DNA from: Candidatus Methanomethylicia archaeon
Lineage (GTDB): Archaea; Thermoproteota; Methanomethylicia; CALHIW01
Assembly: GCA_038845975.1 (NCBI GenBank)
Contig: JAWBQF010000004.1
Coordinates: 64,001-128,000 of the forward strand
Direction: 5' to 3'
Length of the DNA stretch: 64,000 bases
Shown: positions 9,170 through 19,605 of the stretch, piece by piece
Position numbering within the stretch: position 1 is the first letter of the stretch
Layout of the letters: every line of letters begins with the position of its first letter
Notes under the pieces: generated by a model
What the model was told of the DNA's origin: nothing
Seen by the model: the letters and a program-made list of their open reading frames with translations, nothing else
The model's database searches: none
Program-made: the position numbers and the translations under genes

Positions 9170-10089
9170 TGGTTACCCTTAGGGAATTACCAATTGAGGA
9201 CTATATCGTATCTGGACATAGAATGTGTGCTGGATGCGGATCAGCTATTGCTGCAAGAATGGCTTTAAAAGCTGCAGGACCAAATACAATTGTTGTAAAT
9301 GCTACTGGATGCCTTGAAGTAGCAACAACAATTTATCCATATACTTCTTGGAGGATTCCATGGATACATGTAGCCTTTGAAAATGCAGCTGCTGTTGCAA
9401 GCGGTATTGAAGCAGCCATAAGAGTATTAACTAGGAAAAACTTGATGAAACAGAAGCCCAACATCATAGCTTTTGGAGGAGATGGAGGAACCTTTGATAT
9501 AGGAATTCAAGCATTATCTGGAGCATTAGAGAGAGGACATAGATTCCTATACATATGCTATGATAATGAAGCCTATATGAATACTGGAATACAACGTAGT
9601 GGAGCAACTCCACTTGGTGCTGCTACAACTACAAGTCCCTCAGGCAGAGTTATACCTGGTAAGAAAGAGTGGAAAAAGGACTTAATAGGTATCGCTGTTG
9701 CACATAATATTCCATATGCAGCTACAGCATGCATATCATATTGGAGTGACTATATTAATAAGGTTAAAAAGGCCTTAAGCTTTAATGGACCTACAGTTAT
9801 CCATGTTCTTTCACCATGCCAGCTTGGATGGCGTTTTGATCCTAGTGAAACAATAAAATTAGGTAGGTTAGCAGTACAAACCAGGATATTCCCAATATAT
9901 GAGGTTGAATATGGTAAATATAAATTAAATATTAATGTAACAAAGCCTTTACCAGTTATAGAGTATATAAGGATACAGGGTAGATTTAGGCATTTACTTG
10001 AACCACAAAACAGCCATATTATTGAAGACATACAGAAAAACATTAATTTACAGTGGAATCGTTTACTTAAACTTTGCAGTATAGAGTAA
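9169..10089 (+). CDS. porB: Pyruvate/2-oxoacid:ferredoxin oxidoreductase beta subunit (operon 2)
   Basis: GHRMCAGCG, ATGCLEV, FENAAAVASG, GDGG...DNEAYMNTGIQRS; ATG overlaps the porA stop (TAATG). Confidence 0.93.
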   Translation: MVTLRELPIEDYIVSGHRMCAGCGSAIAARMALKAAGPNTIVVNATGCLEVATTIYPYTSWRIPWIHVAFENAAAVASGIEAAIRVLTRKNLMKQKPNIIAFGGDGGTFDIGIQALSGALERGHRFLYICYDNEAYMNTGIQRSGATPLGAATTTSPSGRVIPGKKEWKKDLIGIAVAHNIPYAATACISYWSDYINKVKKALSFNGPTVIHVLSPCQLGWRFDPSETIKLGRLAVQTRIFPIYEVEYGKYKLNINVTKPLPVIEYIRIQGRFRHLLEPQNSHIIEDIQKNINLQWNRLLKLCSIE

Positions 10090-10300
10090 TCACATCTAAA
10101 TTCAATACCTATTTTAATATCTTCATTTATACAAATAACTTATAATTTTTACTTGAAGTTTTGTATGATAGACTGGTTTAGATACTACTTCTAATGTTAT
10201 TAGAAATTTAACCTTCAACTACTGTTAATATTATAGTAACATGGTTATCAAGCTTAATAATTAGCTAAAATTTAATATTTATATGTAGTTTAGTGATGTT

Positions 10301-10924
10301 ATGCTTGAAAGACTTTCATGCAGTATTTTAGCTGGTGGAGATTCAAGTAGATTTGGATCTTATAAGGCTTTAGCAATAATTAATAACAAGTTTTTAATAA
10401 CACATATTATAGCTAAGCTTATATCTCTAATACCAGACATAGTAATTACTGTAAGTAATGACAAACAGGAGAGAATGTTAAGAGATGCTATTAAAGAATT
10501 TAATGTTAGAATAGTTATTGATAAGCCTTTAGGAATTAAAGCTCCTATTGTTGGCTTCTATACAGGACTTATTGAATCAAGAAATGATTATGTTCTACAA
10601 GTTGCTTGCGATATGCCAAACATATCAATAAAATGTATTAAGTATATGTATGAGGAAGTAATAAATCATAAGTATGATGCAGCTATACCAAAATGGAATA
10701 ACCATATTGAGCCATTGCATGCTATATACAATAGAAAAAAAACTATTAAAGTAGTTGAAGAAGTATTGTATTTAGATAAAAGACTAGATTTTAGAGCAGT
10801 AATAGATAAAATTAGTAATAAAATATTCATTCCAATTGGTGGAAAATGTCCTGAAGAAACATTCTATAATATTAACTACAAATATGAATTACTAAAACTG
10901 AATCTTCACTGTGATGATTACTAA
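10301..10924 (+). CDS. mobA: Molybdenum cofactor guanylyltransferase
   Basis: ILAGGDSSRFG..KA, VACDMP, EPLHAIY, FYNIN. Confidence 0.88.
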   Translation: MLERLSCSILAGGDSSRFGSYKALAIINNKFLITHIIAKLISLIPDIVITVSNDKQERMLRDAIKEFNVRIVIDKPLGIKAPIVGFYTGLIESRNDYVLQVACDMPNISIKCIKYMYEEVINHKYDAAIPKWNNHIEPLHAIYNRKKTIKVVEEVLYLDKRLDFRAVIDKISNKIFIPIGGKCPEETFYNINYKYELLKLNLHCDDY

Positions 10925-11329
10925 TAGTAGGCTCTAGATTTCTTTAAACTTAAGCATTCTTAATTATTTCATCGTAGGAAAATTCACGAATCCATTATTT
11001 CTAGTCATTTTCATAGCATTAAACCATTAACTTAGAAGCATTGAATCACATAGATGAGACTATAGTAAAGTAAGATACTGCTATATTTTCTATTTTATGT
11101 TGAAGCAGTTCTTCAATAGAAGGCTCTTATTCATATCCAAAGTTCACTACTATCTTTAAGATAAATTCTCAATAGAACTATATTATGAAATAGAATAAAA
11201 AGATTATATTTGATTTAATGTTATTAACCTAAAGAAAGATTAAAGATAGAGAATGAAGAACATCTATAATTAAGTGAGAAATGAAATTATATACTTTTAC
11301 GTTCCTTAATAAGATTTTGTGGTTGCTAG

Positions 11330-11890
11330 TATGCAGATTATTTCTAGGATTTCCATTACTGCTTTTATTGAGTTTATGTTTCTTGATCTTCTACATGTTT
11401 TGAAGGCTGTTAAATATAGGCTTACATTATCCTTACATATTTCTCTATGTATTGTTAGCTATTGTCTTAGTATTGATGCCTTATTCTTATAATTATTTAC
11501 ATGGCATTTATCTTTAATCCATTCACCATCTGAATGGTCTACGTATTCATGAATATATCCTAGCTTGCTTAAGCCCATGTACAAGTTGAAGCTATCCATG
11601 TATATCGTTGAGCTCTTCTCAACCCGTCTACCTAAGATCTTAAGAGCTGCTTGGATTCAACATTGCTTAATGGAACATAATCCCCTGCTCCTACCAGCGA
11701 TTATGAATACGTTGGCTTATCGTAACTCCATAACCCACGTCTTCTCATACTCCAGTCTTGATGGTGTTTACTATTCTAGGTTTGGTCTTATAAGATATGC
11801 ACCATTAAACTCAATCTTACCAGTCCGTACTTTTAAAGAGAGAATTATAGTAAATATATGGTTCTATGGAATTGCTTGGAGTTTTGCTTA
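11330..11890 (-). pseudogene. IS1595-family (ISXO2-like DDE) transposase remnant; boundaries approximate
   Basis: Minus strand reads GKIEFNGAY...RRVEKSSTIYMDSFNLYMGLSKLGYIHEYVDHSDGEWIKDKCHVNN...HREICKDNVSLYL, with stops and frameshifts. Confidence 0.75.
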
Positions 11891-12369
11891 AACATGATTA
11901 AATCTACTAAGAGTAAGTAATGGATTCTTCTTTCTTAAGAAGTTTCTAGCTTCTACTCTATTAGGTTTTATCAGCTGTTTCCCAGTTGCCTTGAAGATAT
12001 ACTACATGTCATAAAGCTCCAACATTTACACATTTTAACTTCATTTGCTGGTTCAGATGTTACAGTTTCCCATTTTTAGGGCTTATTAATCTTGAAACGT
12101 GTTTGTCACACTGTTATTGGTATGTTTGTGTTGGTTTATATGGGGTTTCAATCCTTATAGTTTATGTGTAGAGTTACTTGTAGGGTTTGTTTAGGGTTGA
12201 ACCTCTTATTAATTCATGTTTAAGGGTTATTAAGCCCTTTACAGTTTAAGTTGAAGTTAGCTGGCGGCTTAATAGATTATTATCTTGACTTAATCTTTAG
12301 AGTTTCTTAACTGCTCATGGATTCACATAAAAGCCTATGGAGATATTGACATATGCTTTCAGAATTAGA

Positions 12370-12830
12370 ATAGATTTAAGGTTATAGCGTGGATGAGGAT
12401 GGAGCTTATGGGTAGTAGAGTATTCATGTTTTATAGTTGGTGTTGAACGTGAATTAATATTTGTAACAGTCTACGTAGTCGTACAGTCTTAGAAGTATTG
12501 ATGATTGTTGGAAAATTAGGTTTGATGTTAAATACGTAAATGATGAAGGGTCCTAGTATAGATGTTTGAATGGATTAAGCAAAATAACATGAAAACCTTA
12601 GAATATACTTGAACAAGTATTCAAATCATTAAACATAGAATTAAAAAATTCAATAATTTCAAAGGAAAATAACAAGAACAATAAGCTAGCTACATAGCTT
12701 CACATACATACACAACCTAACAACAAGCATAAAACAAGGAGTGATGATAGTGTGGCAAACATCTTGAAACTACCTTGTGAGCTCAAGCAATCAATTACAT
12801 GTACTTCTCACATCTAAAGTTCACAAAGCC
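12370..12830 (+). pseudogene. Heavily decayed IS6-family transposase remnant with a terminal repeat copy
   Basis: Fragments such as ..VDE.., NDEGS*YRCL and ILEQVFKSL/HRIKKFNN; TIR-like ctaaagttcacaaagcc at 12814-12830. Confidence 0.55.
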
Positions 12831-12990
12831 CTTAAGGCTATTTAATCTCAGATATTCATTCAACATTGTAAACATTGTCTAAATAACAATTTCAAAAATA
12901 TCTTATCCTTTCAATACTATTTAGACTTGTTCATTCATTTCATAACTAAAGTTAGGATTTCTAAGCAGAATTTTATAACGGCCACCATGA

Positions 12991-13908
12991 CTATTTAGTA
13001 GCACGACCACATCGAGTACAGAAAACAGAGCCTTCAGGTATTTCAGCTCCACAATAGCTACATTTTACATATTTTACTGATGGAAGTAATGTAAATCTCC
13101 TCTCTCTAATACCTTCATATTTCTTAGCTACTAGAACTGCTACTTCAAGCAGTATAATCATAGGTATGAATAGTGCTAAATCAGCTAATGGACCGCCATT
13201 AGGTGTTATAATCGCTGTAAGTATAAACAATACTGCATATATGTATCGTCTTCTTTTAGTTACAATGGTAGTATCTATAAAGCCAAGCTTTACAAGAATA
13301 ACAAAGATAACTGGTATCGTAAATGATAGTCCAGTCATTAAAACTGTAAAGAATATTACATTGTAGAAATCAATTACAGAAATGAATGCTTGAGCACCAA
13401 CTATATAATAGAATGGAAGCATAGCCCATATTAAGAATGGACATAAAATGAAAAAGCCGAAAAGCCCACCAACAATGAACAGTATTGTGAATGAGGTTAT
13501 GAATGGATATATCATTTTTCTTTCATGTGGATATAGAGCAGGATCTATAAACTTGTAAGCCTCATACGCTATAACAGGCATAGATACAATTACACCGAAT
13601 AATATTGATGTTAAAACATAAAGTTCAAGAGGAGCAGTAATCTCTACAGCTATAAGCTCTATTCGAGTTGAGTTTAAGGAATGGAATAGAAATGAGGATT
13701 CTAAAATATATGATCTAATATTTCTAAGAATTAAGCCTATTAAAGGCTCATAGAAGCCTAAAGGATCCTTTATAAAGTCGATGTTTGCCGGAAGAACCAT
13801 CATTGCAATGGATGACATTAATAAACAGTATACTACGACTTTTAATCTAGCCTTAAGTTCTTCAATATGCTCTGAGAAAGCCATTTCATTAGACAATATA
13901 GACCACAT
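12991..13908 (-). CDS. tatC: Twin-arginine translocase TatC with C-terminal zinc ribbon
   Basis: EHIEELKARL, FIDPALYPHE, AIITP, six hydrophobic segments; tail CSYCG...FCTRCG. Confidence 0.9.
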   Translation of the reverse strand: MWSILSNEMAFSEHIEELKARLKVVVYCLLMSSIAMMVLPANIDFIKDPLGFYEPLIGLILRNIRSYILESSFLFHSLNSTRIELIAVEITAPLELYVLTSILFGVIVSMPVIAYEAYKFIDPALYPHERKMIYPFITSFTILFIVGGLFGFFILCPFLIWAMLPFYYIVGAQAFISVIDFYNVIFFTVLMTGLSFTIPVIFVILVKLGFIDTTIVTKRRRYIYAVLFILTAIITPNGGPLADLALFIPMIILLEVAVLVAKKYEGIRERRFTLLPSVKYVKCSYCGAEIPEGSVFCTRCGRATK

Positions 13909-14033
13909 TAAATGCTATCTACACTAAGGTTTTAAACTTTTAGGCCTAGCTTAAACATGACTTATTTTCAATAATATTAATAAAGCTGTTTAAGCTAAGC
14001 TTAAGATTAGTTAAATTGCGGTAAACTACTAAA

Positions 14034-14318
14034 CTACCTAGCACGTGTCTTCTCAAGTATTTCTTGTACTATTTGTTCACGTGTTTTACCTTCAGTTTTT
14101 ATACCGAGATTTTTAGCAATTTCTATTATTCTTTCATCTGTTGTTGAAGATTTTTTAATTTCATCCTCAATACCTTTAGAAGCCTTTTCAAACTCCTTCT
14201 TCGCTAGTCCTATTGATCTAGCAAGCTCCGGAAGCTTCTGAGGACCCCATAGGAATATAACTACTATTAACACAATCACGATAATCCATTCCCAATTCAT
14301 TATCGCTAACGGTATCAC
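14034..14318 (-). CDS. tatA: Twin-arginine translocase TatA/E
   Basis: N-terminal TM followed by WGPQKLPELARSIGLAKKEF. Confidence 0.9.
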   Translation of the reverse strand: MIPLAIMNWEWIIVIVLIVVIFLWGPQKLPELARSIGLAKKEFEKASKGIEDEIKKSSTTDERIIEIAKNLGIKTEGKTREQIVQEILEKTRAR

Positions 14319-14442
14319 AATTCCACCTAAATATAACTTTAGAAAGATGAATTTAAACTTATCTATCTTAATAGTTAATTACTTATCATACTAGACTTAA
14401 ATTAGAAGTTGTAAAGCAAATTAAACTATTTAAACTTACATA

Positions 14443-14739
14443 TTGGGTGTTTTAAATTGTTTCATGCTAGATATGATTATTAGTGATATGATGTTACTGG
14501 ACTTATCAGATTTAATTAATAAAATTGATGAGTTCTTTAACGCTCTTGAACAGATAGCATCAGAATTTTTCACTCGTGCAAATCTACTTATCTTAGCAAT
14601 TGCAAGAATATCCTATATTACGTTAGCTACAGCCGGCTTTCTATTGTACTTTTCAGGTATTGATAGGTATAGAGGGAAAAATCTGATGATAGGTGGACTA
14701 ATCTTAGCATTAATAACAGAGTTTATGGGGGCAGCATAA
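14443..14739 (+). CDS. Small two-TM membrane protein, weakly VirB2/TrbC pilin-like; true start probably downstream
   Basis: Two hydrophobic segments separated by SGIDRYRGKNL. Confidence 0.5.
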   Translation: MGVLNCFMLDMIISDMMLLDLSDLINKIDEFFNALEQIASEFFTRANLLILAIARISYITLATAGFLLYFSGIDRYRGKNLMIGGLILALITEFMGAA

Positions 14740-15338
14740 TTATACATCTAAAGTCACTATGGTGTTACATCTAACCTATATCTTATCCTTAAAAGCTAAC
14801 CATTTTTAGCTTATTGGAAATATTCTTGTACTCTTAACTTTAGCCTTCTCCTCATAGCTTAGATTCCTGCACTTCTAAGGTCTTCTACAAATTATTCCAG
14901 TATCTTTAAGTATATTTCATACATGACCCTTATCTCTTAAAGTCTTTTACTAAGTGCTATAATGGAATCCTAACATCTCGGTTATTTCTAGGTATAAGAC
15001 TGAATCTTTAGAATTAACCATACTCTTTCTACTCTACTTGCTTATCTTTACTTTCATCTTAATTTTAAACTTATTCTTGGGAAATTATACACTTTATAAT
15101 GCTCATCCTATTTGTATATGCCTTCTAAATATAAGCTTTGATAAGATTCCTGTATGAGAATCCCATCAGATCTCACTATATGTCCCTTCTATACTCATGA
15201 AATCTTGGTTTTACTTAGAAAGTCTTTTAACACTACTTTACTAATCTCAGAAAACATAAGCCTCTAGATCCCTAAAATATAGTATTCTAGCAAATATGTA
15301 AGCATCATATTAAAATGGACTTAACTGATTACACTAAT

Positions 15339-15791
15339 TTAAATGCTAGAGTGATTAAGCTGCATTAATGTCTCTACTCTACTTACTACTCTATACATAT
15401 TCCAGTATACAGTTTTAGTTAGTTTAACAATTGCTGATGCCAATAATTCAGCTGTAGTTCTATCAAGGATTTCACTCACGCTTAAACCATTAATTTTACA
15501 GATAGATAGTAATTCCTCACATACTCTAAATATTAACCAAGACCTTAATAGTATAACTTTAACATACTTTCCCTCATACTCTTTAAATAACCTAACAGTA
15601 CTAGCCAGTAATTTTCTAAAAATTTCTTCATTTATATGATTACCATCTATGTTTAGGAGGTGTTGAAGATGTTGAAAACATAGCTTAATACATTCATTAG
15701 AGTTTATAACAGCATCTACAAATTGTAGCTTATTTAATTTTCTCTCAGCAATGATTAATACTTCATAAGCTTGGTCAAAAGCAGCAGTCAT
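15339..15791 (-). CDS. Hypothetical helical protein, possibly a degenerate HEPN domain
   Basis: N-terminus QAYEVLIIAE...FVDAV...ECIKLC resembles HEPN helices; no RxxxxH motif. Confidence 0.45.
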   Translation of the reverse strand: MTAAFDQAYEVLIIAERKLNKLQFVDAVINSNECIKLCFQHLQHLLNIDGNHINEEIFRKLLASTVRLFKEYEGKYVKVILLRSWLIFRVCEELLSICKINGLSVSEILDRTTAELLASAIVKLTKTVYWNMYRVVSRVETLMQLNHSSI

Positions 15792-16169
15792 CTTAACTCT
15801 ACTGAAGTTCTCATTAGAGTTTATATAATTACATCAAACTAAGCATAATTATAAGTTAACATATTATCACGCATGAAAGTTACTATCATACCATAATGTA
15901 ATTATATTAACTTTACTTGGAGATGCTTCTTCATTCTTAGAGAGGATGTTTATGATTATCCAAGTTCTGAATGTTTACCTCATATAATAGGAAATTCTAG
16001 TAATTGCTTATATACAATATAGCTAGATAAGATTATCCGGTAAAAAGCATTGTAAATTAAATAAATGGTCTTGTAAATAGTTAGTAAGCTTTTTAATCAT
16101 TAAAGAATATTATAGTAGAATTATAGATACATAGTGATAATTATATAGTATAAGTTAAGTATACTGATT

Positions 16170-16673
16170 ATGAGGAAATGGAAGGCAAATATACCGGAAT
16201 CAGAAGGAACATACATATTAGTTATGGAGGTAGCTAGTGATTTTAATATTAAGATAGGATGTCTTGGAAAACATGAATTAAAAGAAGGAATATACATGTA
16301 CGTAGGTAGTGCTAGAGGACCTGGTGGATTGAAAGCTAGGATTTATAGACATTTAAGATTAAATAAAAGAATAAGATGGCATATAGATTATTTAACGGTA
16401 AATCCAAAGGTTAAGATTAAAGCTGTATTTTACCTTAAATCCAAGACTTTACTTGAAACCATAGTAGCTAGGAGATTGCTTAGCAGTAATTTTTTTGAAG
16501 GAGTAATAAAGGGATTTGGATGTACTGATAGGAAAAATAGCTATACACATCTGTATAAGTTGAAGAATATAAATTCAATTGAAGAATTAATGAAAGAATT
16601 AATGAGAATAGTTGGAGATATATGTCGTGGAGAACAAGGATTCATAATTATTAACGACACTACGTTGGTGTAA
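16170..16673 (+). CDS. DUF123 / GIY-YIG (Uri) superfamily nuclease
   Basis: GTYIL, YMYVGSARGPGGLKARIYRH, RWHIDYL, GFGCTD..SYTHL. Confidence 0.85.
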   Translation: MRKWKANIPESEGTYILVMEVASDFNIKIGCLGKHELKEGIYMYVGSARGPGGLKARIYRHLRLNKRIRWHIDYLTVNPKVKIKAVFYLKSKTLLETIVARRLLSSNFFEGVIKGFGCTDRKNSYTHLYKLKNINSIEELMKELMRIVGDICRGEQGFIIINDTTLV

Positions 16674-16686
16674 GATGAGATAAGTA

Positions 16687-17427
16687 TTAGCTTTCACTCA
16701 TCCTAATTCTTTTTACCTCGTTTATTATCATTAAAAACGGTGAAGCATATATATGTACTAGTGGGCTAAATGGAACATACATTACTAGAGTCTGTACAAG
16801 TATTGAATGAAATAATAGTAGGTTAATGTCAGGTATATGTTCTAATCTTAATGTGAATCCTGGAGGTATTACAATTACTTTTTCCTCAGTAATAAATGGA
16901 GAAAACCTCATCAAATTCCCAGTTACAATCACTAAAATTAACAAAAGAAGAACAATATAATTACCTAAACTTGAAACTGATCTTAAATAAATTAACCTAT
17001 ACATTACTAGGATTATTAGTGCTGTCATGACTACAATTCCAAGTATTGTTGGAAGAGTATATTTAAGAAATTCCTTAGGCGCTATCCATGTAAACCATTC
17101 TAGGGACCATACTCCAAAACCGCGAAGATGCCCAAATATTATGAAAAGCACAGGTATATGAAAAGCTATCCAAGACACTATCCAAAGCTTATATGAGCCT
17201 CTTAATAGCTTAAACTGCAATACATATCTTGAAATAGTTGATATTAAAGATTGTAAAACAATGGATAATGTTAACTCTTTAAGTGGTAATACATTATCCC
17301 TAACAAAAACGCTATATGTATGCTTAATCCATGAAGATATTTTAAGAGTTACACCTAAAGTAAAAACTATATAAGTAATTAATGGGAGAATTCTAAACGT
17401 AACTATTTCCAGATACTGAGAAAGCAT
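16687..17427 (-). CDS. NarI/DsrM/HdrE-family membrane b-type cytochrome
   Basis: Heme-ligand His pairs FH...FGH and FH...PFSPLVH; about five TM helices. Confidence 0.85.
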   Translation of the reverse strand: MLSQYLEIVTFRILPLITYIVFTLGVTLKISSWIKHTYSVFVRDNVLPLKELTLSIVLQSLISTISRYVLQFKLLRGSYKLWIVSWIAFHIPVLFIIFGHLRGFGVWSLEWFTWIAPKEFLKYTLPTILGIVVMTALIILVMYRLIYLRSVSSLGNYIVLLLLILVIVTGNLMRFSPFITEEKVIVIPPGFTLRLEHIPDINLLLFHSILVQTLVMYVPFSPLVHIYASPFLMIINEVKRIRMSES

Positions 17428-17540
17428 AACTACACAACTAGAAGTAGCTTATAAAGTTACTTCTTTCACACCTATCTCATTAACTTAAGCTATCAACTAC
17501 ACATATACTATACATGTGAAACTCAAGAGTCTTCATATTT

Positions 17541-17730
17541 ACCTTATGAACTTTAGCTTTATTTTAGTTTCTCTCTCTTATTTATGGTGTCAGTATGGTT
17601 AAAGTTGTTAGGTCTGTTAGCGAGAACTCCATTTACTATAGCTTTATGATGCTTACATATTTCCATTCATGTTCATCTAGAATGGCTTCGAATATTTTAA
17701 ACTTCATTACTACAGGAGTTGTACATCTAT
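17541..17730 (+). repeat. Partial copy of the 5' end of the IS6-like element at 54655-55351
   Basis: cttatttatggtgtcagtatggttaaagttgttagg...tctagaatggcttcgaatattttaa aligns with the reverse complement of about 55175-55351. Confidence 0.8.
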
Positions 17731-18111
17731 ATTATGTCTTACTTTAATCTCTCTATTTGAATTTAATAATAATGTTAGGTAATTACAGTTAATGATACAG
17801 GTTTAGGGAATAGTAGCTTAATGGAGAGAATAATATATTAGAATTGATAAAAATGTATAAGTAACTATTTGATTTCACAATTCATGTATTCGTCATAAAG
17901 AATCCTTCCTTATAATAGTTTTAGATATTAATAGTTTAGTTTCCATATTCTGAATTCATATCTTCACCTAATAATTTTAAGTATATTAGCACATATCCAG
18001 GATGAAGTGGAGAAATCTACATAGAAATTATTGACTCATAAATACTTATATTTTAATGATGGATGGAAATGATGATTTTGGATAGTAAAGTTGTGGAGTT
18101 AAAAAATTCAG

Positions 18112-19605
18112 TTACTCCTTAAAAGATAGTACATATGCTAGTGGAATTGATAATAAAGTTATTATTCCTAGAAGCCATGCTGCCGGTGCCCAAGGTACTT
18201 CAGGATATGAGTATGGATACTTTACATAGGACATTCCCAATACTCCGGATATTAATGTTAAAACACCAATGATTGCTAGAGCTACTAGAGGATTCTTATT
18301 AACTTTTAGCTGTAATTCTGAGTTTTCTAAGGTTTCATGAGACCCTATAATGGCTAGTTCAACTATTGGAAATAGTTTAATAAACACGGTATAAATTAAT
18401 GCTGCTATAGCATATCCTCCAATTATAAGTGAGAATTCAACCCATGTTGGTATATATATACCTAGTGGATACGGTAGCTCCGGTCTTAAAAGTACAGGAA
18501 TAACTATTATAATCCTCTTAATCCATAATCCAATATTAATTAGAGTAGCAGCTAAAACAATAAGCTTTATACTGAAAAATTTAGGTATAAATGTATAAAT
18601 TGAAAGCATAATAAATGGAATAGCTAATGTTATGATTACTACAAACCAATATAAGGCTGCATAATCTCCGAAAAAGAGAATGTTTGAAACCTCTTTTTCA
18701 CGTGCTGGACCCAAATATCTTATTGTAACCTGCTCACATATCATGAAGTATATGTATATTGCTAAAACAACTCTAAGAAAATTGGATAAAATCCTAAATA
18801 TTTGAGGAGTTATAAGAAATTCCCACTGGAAAATTTTTCTGAAAACAGCAGCAACCATTATAATTGTTGCAACACCTGAAGCAATAGCTCCGGTTACGAA
18901 ATAAGGCCCGAAAAATGGATTATACCATCCAGGCCTAACCATTAAGCCGAAAACCCAAGATACAACAGTATGAACACTTACCATTATTGGAAGTATTACT
19001 AGAGCAAGCCACCATGCTGCTTTCTCATGAGCTTTCCTGGATAATACATCATACTTATATCTTAATGAAGCTATTTTATACAACCATGATCTCTTTATAA
19101 GATGTTTAGCACATAATGCTATATCCTCCCTCATCGTTACATAAAGATATATTATTGTTGCTACTAGATATGTTGTTATTGAGGTCATATCCCACACTAG
19201 AACTGAAAGCCATCTTCCATAAGCAAACATATTAAGAACTCTTTCAGGCCTACCTAAATCAAAAAGTACATTCATAAAAGCTATAATTAGGCTAACAGCT
19301 GTTAATAATTCAGCCATTCTAACAATAGGCTTAAGAACTACAACTCTTAACAGTCTGACACCAGCAGAAATAGCTATACCAGCATGACTAACACCTATTA
19401 GAAAAACGAAATTAGCTATATATAATCCATAAATAACATAGTCTCTCATACCTGTAACTCCAAGTCCATAATATAACTGAATATACCAGGCATATAGAAA
19501 CCACACAATAGTTACCGCTAATACCGAGATAAATATGTAAAATTTCCTTGATGTATATGTAAGAGGTCTTAATACTTTACTAAGTTCATTTCCACTATAA
19601 CTCAT
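18112..19605 (-). CDS. NrfD/PsrC/DsrP-family membrane quinol-interacting subunit
   Basis: GLGVTGM, YGLYIANFVFLIGVSHAG, DLGRPER, VSVHTVVSW, PTWVE. Confidence 0.88.
   Translation of the reverse strand: MSYSGNELSKVLRPLTYTSRKFYIFISVLAVTIVWFLYAWYIQLYYGLGVTGMRDYVIYGLYIANFVFLIGVSHAGIAISAGVRLLRVVVLKPIVRMAELLTAVSLIIAFMNVLFDLGRPERVLNMFAYGRWLSVLVWDMTSITTYLVATIIYLYVTMREDIALCAKHLIKRSWLYKIASLRYKYDVLSRKAHEKAAWWLALVILPIMVSVHTVVSWVFGLMVRPGWYNPFFGPYFVTGAIASGVATIIMVAAVFRKIFQWEFLITPQIFRILSNFLRVVLAIYIYFMICEQVTIRYLGPAREKEVSNILFFGDYAALYWFVVIITLAIPFIMLSIYTFIPKFFSIKLIVLAATLINIGLWIKRIIIVIPVLLRPELPYPLGIYIPTWVEFSLIIGGYAIAALIYTVFIKLFPIVELAIIGSHETLENSELQLKVNKNPLVALAIIGVLTLISGVLGMSYVKYPYSYPEVPWAPAAWLLGIITLLSIPLAYVLSFKE

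Noticed and set aside
11565-11891. 108-aa plus-strand ORF
   Set aside because: Antisense shadow of the IS1595-like transposase remnant.
14750-15330. Purine-skewed spacer suggesting another decayed transposase (similar at 33650-34300 and 49790-49940)
   Set aside because: Too degraded to assign a family by eye.
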